From Lysobacterales bacterium (lineage in GTDB: Bacteria > Pseudomonadota > Gammaproteobacteria > Xanthomonadales > SZUA-5): DNA of 30,913 nucleotides. Positions 17,414-25,372 of this stretch are shown piece by piece. A model generated the notes under the pieces. The model was not told the DNA's origin. It did no database searches and worked only from the letters and a program-made list of their open reading frames with translations. The stretch's first letter is position 1, and every line of letters starts with the position of its first letter. The stretch is from contig JALHMH010000046.1 in the NCBI GenBank assembly GCA_022844165.1, forward strand, positions 1-30,913. Direction: 5' to 3'. Position numbers and translations under genes: made by a program.

Positions 17414-19323
17414 CACGGCGCGCCCTCGACAGCGATCTCGACCCGCACCGGTTGCCCTGGCCGCAGGCCCTGGCTGTCGACTGCCACGATGGCATCGACG
17501 ATTGGCTCTGGTTGCACGCGCGAACGCGAACGTACGACTCGACCGATATCCACAACTTCGCCAACCAGATTAACGCCAGCGCCACCTTCGCCGCGCACCA
17601 CGACTCGCGCGCCTTTTTTGAGCCTGGGCAGTTCGCGCTCCGGCACCAGCGCCCGCACCGCCAGAGAACTCGGGTCGGGTATCTGCGCAACCGATTGACC
17701 ACGAAAAACGCTGGAACCTGCGGCGAACTTGCCTTGCCAGCTGCTCAGATGCAAGACGATGCCATCTCGCGGCGCCAGCACCGCCATCGATTTTTGCGCT
17801 GTCTGCAACATGTTCAACTCCGTCTCCAACTGTGCAATTTCGGCGCCGATCAAAGCGCGGTCTGCCGCATGTTGCGCGCTGCCCGCAACACCTCGTGCCA
17901 GCTGACTTTCATAGCGCGCAACCGTGCGCTCGCGATCAATGACCAATTTGGCATAGTCGATTCGACCGATCAGGTTCTCCGGTTGTTCCGCTTTACGCGC
18001 AGCCTTGTCGCGTTCGGCACGCGCCGACTCCAGATCCACCCTCTGCTGTCGCTCAAGTTCTGCCAGCTCCAGGAATAAACGCTCGCGCTGCGTTTGCTTC
18101 TCGGCGAGGCTCGATTGTGCAGTGACGACCCTTTGCACGAGACCCGAACCGTCGAATACCGCCACCGGCTTCCCGGCTTTGATCGGTGCTCCTTCCGGGG
18201 CGAGTTGGGTCAAGGTCAATTGCCACAAATCGTCGACTTGCGGCGGTGAAATCTCCGAACTGCGCTGCGCGAACACTTCGCCATCGACCGTGATGCTGCG
18301 AACGTCCGAGGCGCTACGCTGCAGCGGTGCAATCGCGTCGGTTTCCACGCGTACACTCATGCCCGGCATGAGCCTCGCGTCGGTCGCAGGCAATCCGATA
18401 TCGACCGTGAGCCAGCGACCCTCGCCCCACTCGCGGCGATTGTCTGGCGCCGCAGAAATTCGCTCGACGTTGGCGTCGAGCCGAACTTGAAGCGCATCGA
18501 ACTTCAGGCTCACCGCCTGACCAGTCGCAAGGCGTTCGCGATCGGTCTCCGGCGCATAGGCACGCACCATAAGCCGCCCGGAAGCGCCGATGATTCGACC
18601 GGCTTCGTTCCCAGGCGAGACGCTGGCGCCTTCAACAATACGTTGCCCGGAACGCGGATCCGTGCCTGCGACAATCACACCGTCCATGGTGGCACGGACT
18701 TGCGCTGACGACACCATCAGCTCGTGGAACGAGAGCTGCGCGCGCAGGCGTTCGAGCTCTAAATCACCGTCGGAACGGCGACGCGCAACCGCCTCGCTGG
18801 CACTCGCACGCTCTTTTGACCGCACCTCAAAATCGCGCGAAGCCCGTTCCAGCTCACCCTGGTAACGATCGAAATCGAGCGCCGACAGATGCGCCTTGGG
18901 AATGCCCGCGTCGAGCCGCGCGCGCTGCAGAGCCGCGTCGGCGTCAATCCGTGCCAGTTCGGCATCGACAGCTGTCACGTCCAATGCTGCCAGTTCCTTG
19001 GCCAGACGCGCCTGCAACTGTTCGATCTGCGTCAGCAACTGCCGTCTCTGCTGCTCCGAACCACCTGGATCAATGGCGAGCACCACGTCGCCCTTTTGCA
19101 CCAAGGTACCATCGGTCGCAAACTTACGCAGCACCACGGGCGATGTATTGGACGGCGGCACGATCAGCGGTTGTGCATCGAGCGCAACCACTTCGCCGGT
19201 CAGCGCCAACCGGTGCGCGGCGAGAGGAAAACTCAACAACACGGCAACGATCGCCCACACCATCCGGCATCCGCGCTTGCGAGCCATGTTGCGGCCCGCC
19301 ACTGGATCTACCTTGAGCATCAT
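17413..19323 (-). CDS. Tandem double membrane fusion protein (two HlyD-like adaptor units in one polypeptide)
   Basis: Unit 1: DGTLVQKGDVV...VRATMDGVI...LMPGMSVRVE. Unit 2: APEGAPIKAGKPV...VLAPRDGIV...LRPGQPVRVE. N-terminal signal/anchor. ATGA overlap with the ATPase gene. Confidence 0.85.
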   Translation of the reverse strand: MMLKVDPVAGRNMARKRGCRMVWAIVAVLLSFPLAAHRLALTGEVVALDAQPLIVPPSNTSPVVLRKFATDGTLVQKGDVVLAIDPGGSEQQRRQLLTQIEQLQARLAKELAALDVTAVDAELARIDADAALQRARLDAGIPKAHLSALDFDRYQGELERASRDFEVRSKERASASEAVARRRSDGDLELERLRAQLSFHELMVSSAQVRATMDGVIVAGTDPRSGQRIVEGASVSPGNEAGRIIGASGRLMVRAYAPETDRERLATGQAVSLKFDALQVRLDANVERISAAPDNRREWGEGRWLTVDIGLPATDARLMPGMSVRVETDAIAPLQRSASDVRSITVDGEVFAQRSSEISPPQVDDLWQLTLTQLAPEGAPIKAGKPVAVFDGSGLVQRVVTAQSSLAEKQTQRERLFLELAELERQQRVDLESARAERDKAARKAEQPENLIGRIDYAKLVIDRERTVARYESQLARGVAGSAQHAADRALIGAEIAQLETELNMLQTAQKSMAVLAPRDGIVLHLSSWQGKFAAGSSVFRGQSVAQIPDPSSLAVRALVPERELPRLKKGARVVVRGEGGAGVNLVGEVVDIGRVVRSRSRVQPEPIVDAIVAVDSQGLRPGQPVRVEIAVEGAP

Positions 19324-20033
19324 GCGTTTCGCTCCGGGTGATCCAATGGTGTCTGGGGCTTTTTGCCGTCCTCGGCCACACGGCCGTCCTTCAACCGCAC
19401 ATGCCTGGGCGCACTGCGTGCGATATCAGGATCATGCGTCACCAGGACGACGGTCTGCCCTTGGGAATGAACCTCGCCGATCAGTGCCAGGACCTGTTCG
19501 GCGCTCTTTGAATCCAGATTACCGGTTGGTTCATCGGCCAACAGCAACTTGGGCTGCATGAGCAGCGCACGCGCGATGGCGGCACGCTGCATTTGACCGC
19601 CCGATAGCTCGCCGGGCCGGTGCGTGGAGCGATCGCTCAGACCAACACGCGCCAGCAACTCGTGCGCACGCGCCTCCAGATCCAGCTGCGGCGGCGCAAA
19701 CCGAAGCGGTAACAGCACGTTCTCCAGCACTGTCAACCGCGGCAACAAATGGAATGACTGGAAAACGATACCGATGTCCAGATTACGAACTCGGCTGATC
19801 TGGGTATCGTCGAGCGACGCAAGCTCTGTGCCGCCCAATCGGTAGCGACCGCGACTGGGACGATCCAGGCCGCCCAGGATATTCAGCAGTGTCGACTTGC
19901 CCGAACCGGAGGCGCCGGTAATCGCGACAAACTCTCCTCGCTCGATCGACAGACTCACGCCGGCCAGTGCTCGCACCGGCTCATCGCCACTGCCGTACCA
20001 ACGCTCAACGTCTGACAATTCGATCAATGCCAT
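19320..20033 (-). CDS. ABC transporter ATP-binding protein (LolD/MacB type)
   Basis: Walker A GASGSGKST, LSGGQ signature, LLLADEPTGNLD, VTHD. Confidence 0.95.
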   Translation of the reverse strand: MALIELSDVERWYGSGDEPVRALAGVSLSIERGEFVAITGASGSGKSTLLNILGGLDRPSRGRYRLGGTELASLDDTQISRVRNLDIGIVFQSFHLLPRLTVLENVLLPLRFAPPQLDLEARAHELLARVGLSDRSTHRPGELSGGQMQRAAIARALLMQPKLLLADEPTGNLDSKSAEQVLALIGEVHSQGQTVVLVTHDPDIARSAPRHVRLKDGRVAEDGKKPQTPLDHPERNA

Positions 20034-20092
20034 TTCATGACCCATCGGCAACCCATCTTCGAGGGTAGAGGGCGAGCAAAGTTCCGCACGTC

Positions 20093-20704
20093 TCAGGAAT
20101 TCATCCAGCGCAACGACAACGGTTGTTCCGCAACAACGGCGTAGTGGTAGCTGCCGATCTCACCGGTGTGTACGCGCAGCGTTGCACGCCGCAGAGGTAC
20201 ACGCGCTATCGCGCCGCCGTCGATCAAATGCACACCGCCCAATGCTGGCCACAGGCGCCAATCGAGCGCCTTGACGACCGCTTCGATCACGCAGAATCGT
20301 TCGCGCAACGCGCGTCGCTGTTCATGAAAATCGAAGCGCTGCCAGCGTGTCAACTCGGCAGATCCGAACACGCGCCTGGCCAGGCGCGCAGGCTGATGCA
20401 TGCCACGCTGCGCCATTAAATCGACACCGAGTCGACGCACGTTGGCCACGGCAAACAAAGCCATCTCATCGTCGTGGCTCAAACTGAAACTGCCTTTCAA
20501 TCCGCTGAAACTCGGCTTGCCGTTCGGGCTGCGCTCGATCCGGATTTCGTCGATGCGACACTGGCAACGTTCCGCCAGCAGCGGAATTACTGCGGCCCAC
20601 AATCCCGCCGAGCGTTCGCGCATATCGGCGCCACGCAAGACGAAGCGCCAAACGTCGACCGTCGTTGGCACATCTGTAGCTCTCGGCGCATGATCCTCAG
20701 GCAC
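20093..20704 (-). CDS. Sfp-type 4'-phosphopantetheinyl transferase family protein
   Basis: PNGKP, FSLSH, LGVDLM, FCVIEAVVKA (degenerate WxxKEAxxKA). Confidence 0.75.
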   Translation of the reverse strand: MPEDHAPRATDVPTTVDVWRFVLRGADMRERSAGLWAAVIPLLAERCQCRIDEIRIERSPNGKPSFSGLKGSFSLSHDDEMALFAVANVRRLGVDLMAQRGMHQPARLARRVFGSAELTRWQRFDFHEQRRALRERFCVIEAVVKALDWRLWPALGGVHLIDGGAIARVPLRRATLRVHTGEIGSYHYAVVAEQPLSLRWMNS

Positions 20705-20760
20705 GGTGGTCGCATCAATGAAGTTGCGCCGATAATGCCGAATCGAAGGAGTCCTTGCCC

Positions 20761-21210
20761 GTGAAGAAGATGCTGCTGGTCATTCTGGTGTTGCTGTTGG
20801 CGTTGGTACTGTTGCTTGCCACGCGAAGCTATTTGTCGCGCAGCAATCCCCCGGAACTGGGCCTGGTGGCGGGGATACTGCGCGCTTGCGGCGAGCGACC
20901 AAACTGCGTTGGCAGCGAGGCGAACGGAGAACTCGGCATTCAGCCACTGCAATATGTGGGCGACCGGGCCTCTACCGAAAAAGCCATGATCCAGGCACTT
21001 CTGGCGGTTGGCGCAAACGTGCAACGTCGACAGGGCGACTACTGGCATGCGATTGCGGTCAGTTCGCTATTTCGTTTCATTGACGACATCGAACTGCGCT
21101 TCGACGACGCCGCGGGGCTGATCCACGTACGTTCCGCTTCGCGCGTCGGCTACTCCGATCTTGGCGTGAATGGCAAGCGAATTGAGGCGCTACGCGCAGC
21201 ACTGAAATAG
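20761..21210 (+). CDS. DUF1499 family protein
   Basis: N-terminal TM helix, C...PNCVGS, FRFIDDIE, HVRSASRVGYSDLGVN..R; AAGGAG RBS before a GTG at 20761. Confidence 0.88.
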   Translation: MKKMLLVILVLLLALVLLLATRSYLSRSNPPELGLVAGILRACGERPNCVGSEANGELGIQPLQYVGDRASTEKAMIQALLAVGANVQRRQGDYWHAIAVSSLFRFIDDIELRFDDAAGLIHVRSASRVGYSDLGVNGKRIEALRAALK

Positions 21211-21216
21211 TCCACC

Positions 21217-22257
21217 ATGTTTGGCCTGCCTCGCACTGAGCACTGGCTACCGGAGTTTTGTCGCGCCCCGACCGTATTCGCGATCATGCTGCTGGCCGAG
21301 CTTGTGGTTCTGATCGCCGTACTTGCACCGCACGGCGGCAAGGGCGACACACTATCTGCCGTCGCCGTGGCCAGTCTGCTGGCGCAATCCATCGCGCTGC
21401 CCTGCACTGCCGTACTCTGTTGGTTGCGGACCTGGCTGTTGCGCTTGCCATCGCCCTTCGCGTTGGCCGCAGTTTTGGCTGTCGTGTTACTGGCGACTTT
21501 TGCGATGAGCTGGCTGGCGATCAACTTCGACCGCGCTCTGGATATCGGCCTGGTGCCCAACGATGTTACAAGCAGCGACTTCGTAGGCGGGTGCATTCTC
21601 CTGGCGCTGCTGATGAGCCTGCTTGGTGTGCGCTACGGATACATGCACACCCAATGGCGGGCTCAGATCGAGGCCCAGGCACGCGCAGAGGTCGACGCAC
21701 TGACAGCACGCATTCGCCCGCATTTTTTGTTCAACAGCATGAACACCGTAGCCGGCCTGGTTCGGGTGGATCCAGAGCGCGCCGAACAACTCATTGAGGA
21801 CTTGTCCGAGCTGTTTCGAGCCGCACTCACAGCAGGCGCAGAACCACATTCGCTGGAGCGCGAATTGGATCTCTGCGAGCGCTACCTGGAAATCGAACGT
21901 TTGCGCATCGGCGATCGCCTGCGCGTTCGTTGGCGAATCGACGATGCGCTGCTGTCGCAGCCTGTGCTGCCTCTGCTGCTGCAGCCGCTGGTGGAGAATG
22001 CCGTGTACCATGGCGTGCAGCCGCTCGCGGCGGGCGGCGAAGTGGAGATCCGCGCCGAACGCCGGGGTGCAAAGCTGCGCCTTTGCATCACAAATCCGAT
22101 ACCCGACTCGCCATCGCCGACACGCGGTCATGGAGTGGCCTTGAAAAACATCGAACGTCGCTTAGCCTTAGCGTACGGTAGCGGCGCGCGCATGGACATC
22201 GAACGCCAATCCGATCGCTTTCTGGTCAGCGTCGAACAACCGATGAAATCGCCATGA
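21217..22257 (+). CDS. algZ: LytS-type sensor histidine kinase (AlgZ/FimS-like)
   Basis: WLPEFC N-terminus, four TM helices, ARIRPHFLFNSMNT, LQPLVENAVYHG, GHGVALKNI..RL. Confidence 0.88.
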   Translation: MFGLPRTEHWLPEFCRAPTVFAIMLLAELVVLIAVLAPHGGKGDTLSAVAVASLLAQSIALPCTAVLCWLRTWLLRLPSPFALAAVLAVVLLATFAMSWLAINFDRALDIGLVPNDVTSSDFVGGCILLALLMSLLGVRYGYMHTQWRAQIEAQARAEVDALTARIRPHFLFNSMNTVAGLVRVDPERAEQLIEDLSELFRAALTAGAEPHSLERELDLCERYLEIERLRIGDRLRVRWRIDDALLSQPVLPLLLQPLVENAVYHGVQPLAAGGEVEIRAERRGAKLRLCITNPIPDSPSPTRGHGVALKNIERRLALAYGSGARMDIERQSDRFLVSVEQPMKSP

Positions 22258-22979
22258 GAATTCTGGTTGTCGACGATGAACCGCTCGCGCGCGCGCGACT
22301 CGTCAAGATGCTGGCCGACATCGGTGGCGTCGAAGTTGTCGGCGAGGCTGGAGACGGTGCGGCGGCGATGAACGCTGTGGACCTGCACACACCCGATGTG
22401 ATGCTCTTGGACATCCGCATGCCGGGCGTAGATGGAATGGAAGTTGCCCGGCGTCTGAGCACCCGCGAAGACGCACCAGCGATCGTTTTTTGCACCGCAT
22501 ACGATCAGCACGCGCTTGCCGCGTTCGAAGCCAGGGCCATCGACTATCTGCTCAAACCCGTGCGCCGCGAACGCTTGCTCGATGCCCTCGAGCGCGCGAG
22601 GCGCTTCAACGGATTGACTCACACGCCGGCGGCTACCCCCAAGGCGCAGAGAACCCATCTTTGTGCCCGTGTCCGGGGCGATATGAAGATGGTTCCGGTG
22701 ACTGCGGTCGCTTACTTCCTGGCCGACTCGAAGTACGTGGAAGTGCATTACGACGGCGGCGCCGTACTGATCGAGGAATCGCTGGTTGGACTTGAGGATG
22801 AGTTCGGCGAGCGTTTCGTACGCATTCACCGCAATTGCCTGGTGGCGCGCGACCGCCTCGATTCGCTCGGTAAGAATGCCGACGGCGAGCCCACCGTCAG
22901 ATTGCGCGGGCACAGTGAGCCACTAGAGGTCAGCCGGCGCAATCTGCCGCAAGTCCGCAAGTTTATTCGCGGCAAATAA
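22254..22979 (+). CDS. algR: LytTR-family response regulator (AlgR-like)
   Basis: VDDEPLAR, LDIRMPG, FCTAYD, DYLLKP, RIHRNCLV, LEVSRR; ATGA coupling to the kinase gene. Confidence 0.9.
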   Translation: MRILVVDDEPLARARLVKMLADIGGVEVVGEAGDGAAAMNAVDLHTPDVMLLDIRMPGVDGMEVARRLSTREDAPAIVFCTAYDQHALAAFEARAIDYLLKPVRRERLLDALERARRFNGLTHTPAATPKAQRTHLCARVRGDMKMVPVTAVAYFLADSKYVEVHYDGGAVLIEESLVGLEDEFGERFVRIHRNCLVARDRLDSLGKNADGEPTVRLRGHSEPLEVSRRNLPQVRKFIRGK

Positions 22980-22986
22980 AGCCTCG

Positions 22987-23919
22987 TCAAATCAACTTGA
23001 TCTCACGCAACCGCTCCATTAAATAACCGTGTGCGGTGATTGCAGTCGGATACCGGCTGGGGTTCTCTGCAGACACGCAACCAGGCAGCACGTCGATCAA
23101 AAAATCAGGATTCGGATGCAGGAAAAACGGCACCGAAAACCGAGGTTGTCGCGATTTTTCGCCTGGCGGATTGACGACGCGATGCGTCGTCGATGGGTAC
23201 ACGTGATTGGTCAGCCTTTGCAGCATATCGCCGATGTTGACCACGATCGCATCACCCTGCGTGGTGACGGGCAGCCACTCGCCCTGGCGCGTCAGTACCT
23301 GCAATCCTTCGGCGCTGGCGCCCACCAGCAACGTGATGAAATTGATGTCCTCGTGCGCTCCAGCACGGACGTTCGGTACATCGGGTGTGGTGATGGGTGG
23401 GTAGTGAATCGGGCGCAAGATGGAGTTGCCAAAATTGGTTTTGTCGTCGAAGAAGTCCTCTGGCAAGTCAATGTGCAACGCCAGCGCCCGCAGAACGCGT
23501 GTGCCGAGTTGATCGAGTGCCTCATAGAGCGCGTAAGCCTTCTCTTTGAACTGCGGAACTTCCGCCGGCCACAGATTGGCAGGCATCACTTCGCGATACG
23601 AAGAACCGTCCGGCAGTTCGCGGCCGACATGCCAGAACTCCTTTAGATCCGCATAGCGGGAATCTTTGGCGGTTTCGACCATGAATGGCGTGTAGCCGCG
23701 CGCACCGCCGCCGCCAGGAACGTGATATCGGCGTTTGACCTCATCGGGTAGCGCGAAAAAGTCATAGAAGCACTGGTACGCCTCGTCGATGAGTTGCGGC
23801 CGGATGCCGTGCCCGGAAATTCCGCAAAATCCGAACTCACGGTAAGCCGCGCCGAGATCGGCGACGAATGCTTCGCGATCATGATCGAAGCGACCAATGT
23901 CCAAGGTGGGGACGGCCAT
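22987..23919 (-). CDS. Isopenicillin N synthase-family 2OG-Fe(II) dioxygenase
   Basis: HED...H facial triad (AGAHEDIN, STTHRV), RFS motif, GARGYTPF, DLKEFW. Confidence 0.92.
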   Translation of the reverse strand: MAVPTLDIGRFDHDREAFVADLGAAYREFGFCGISGHGIRPQLIDEAYQCFYDFFALPDEVKRRYHVPGGGGARGYTPFMVETAKDSRYADLKEFWHVGRELPDGSSYREVMPANLWPAEVPQFKEKAYALYEALDQLGTRVLRALALHIDLPEDFFDDKTNFGNSILRPIHYPPITTPDVPNVRAGAHEDINFITLLVGASAEGLQVLTRQGEWLPVTTQGDAIVVNIGDMLQRLTNHVYPSTTHRVVNPPGEKSRQPRFSVPFFLHPNPDFLIDVLPGCVSAENPSRYPTAITAHGYLMERLREIKLI

Positions 23920-23949
23920 TTGAATTCTCCCGGATGTCGATTCACCATT

Positions 23950-25287
23950 CTAAGCGTTTGCCGCGTCCCGTACCGCCTTCGCCAGCGGCTCGATCGCGGC
24001 TGCGATGAGTTCATCGCTGAGCGCCTCAACGGTCACTCTAATCAAGGGTTCCGTACCCGAGGCGCGCAGTATCAGCCGTCCTTGTGTGCCCAGCGCCTTT
24101 TCGGCCGCGGTGCGCGCGGCGATCACGGTCTCTCGCGCCAGCAAAGTCGGATCGCGCGAAGGCAGCCGCACGTTGATTGTTCGTTGTGGGAAACGCGACA
24201 AACCGCTGAGCCAATCGTCCAAACTGCGACCAGACTCAGTCAACGCATTGAGCACCAGCACCGCCGTCAGCAAGCCATCACCGGTGGGCGCGTAGTCCAA
24301 ACACAGAACATGCCCGGATGCTTCTCCGCCAAGTGTACCGCCCGTCTCCCGCAGCATCTGGTGCACATAACGATCACCGACAGCAGCCCGAGCGAACTCG
24401 ATGCCCGCCGTTTCCAATGCGCGCTCGATACCCAGATTACTCATCACCGTGCCGATCACCGGACCCTTCAGCCGCCCGGTGTTTTTCCAATGCAGCGCAA
24501 GCAGATAGATCAGATCGTCGCCGTCTACGACCCGGCCAGTCTCCGTGATCGCCTGCAATCGGTCACCATCACCGTCGAGCGCAAAAGCGAGTGCCGGTGA
24601 CCGCCCATGTTCGCTCTTGAGCGCCGTCAAGTCGGTAGCACCGACACCAGCGTTAATGTTCAGGCCGTTGGGCTCCACACCAATCGCTCGGACGTGAAAG
24701 CCCAGGCGCTGGAACAGCATTGGCGCAACGCGATATCCGGCCCCGTGGGCAGCGTCGATCAGAAGCGTATGTTGTTTCGCCGCGAGCCCAGGCAAGGCCA
24801 TGGACAGAAGAAAGGCCAAGTAGTCTTCGGACGCGCGCTCATGACGACGCGCACGGCCAAGGTCGGCGGCGCCAACCATCGGCACCGCGCGGTCGATCCG
24901 TGCTTCGATCGCCAACTCTAATTCGTCGTCGAGTTTTTCGCCCAGCGACGAAAACAACTTGATGCCGTTATCTTCGAAAGGATTGTGCGATGCTGAGATG
25001 ACGATTCCGGCGCTCGCGCCCAAACTTCGAGTGACCAGCGCGATTGCCGGCGTCGGCAGCGGCCCAACCAGAATGCTGTTGACGCCGCTCGCGGAAAGCC
25101 CGGCCTCAAGCGCACTCTCGAGCAAGTAACCGCTGCTGCGCGTGTCTTTACCGATCACAACACTGGAAGCCCGCGGCAGGCTGGCGCCAATGGCGCGCCC
25201 CAAAGCCAACGCAAACTCCGGCGTGATTGGGTGTTCGCCCACGCGACCGCGAATGCCATCGGTACCGAAGTATCTGCGTTTGCTCAT
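23950..25287 (-). CDS. glmM: Phosphoglucosamine mutase
   Basis: YFGTDGIRG, ISASHNP, DGDGDR, VGDRYV, GGEASGH, RASGTEPLIRV. Confidence 0.97.
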   Translation of the reverse strand: MSKRRYFGTDGIRGRVGEHPITPEFALALGRAIGASLPRASSVVIGKDTRSSGYLLESALEAGLSASGVNSILVGPLPTPAIALVTRSLGASAGIVISASHNPFEDNGIKLFSSLGEKLDDELELAIEARIDRAVPMVGAADLGRARRHERASEDYLAFLLSMALPGLAAKQHTLLIDAAHGAGYRVAPMLFQRLGFHVRAIGVEPNGLNINAGVGATDLTALKSEHGRSPALAFALDGDGDRLQAITETGRVVDGDDLIYLLALHWKNTGRLKGPVIGTVMSNLGIERALETAGIEFARAAVGDRYVHQMLRETGGTLGGEASGHVLCLDYAPTGDGLLTAVLVLNALTESGRSLDDWLSGLSRFPQRTINVRLPSRDPTLLARETVIAARTAAEKALGTQGRLILRASGTEPLIRVTVEALSDELIAAAIEPLAKAVRDAANA

Positions 25288-25372
25288 GGGCGACAGCATG
25301 CGGCGCATTTGGGGGCGCGGACACTATCAGGCGGGTTCGCCCGCTCACAAGCGATCAAGTGGATGGCCGACA

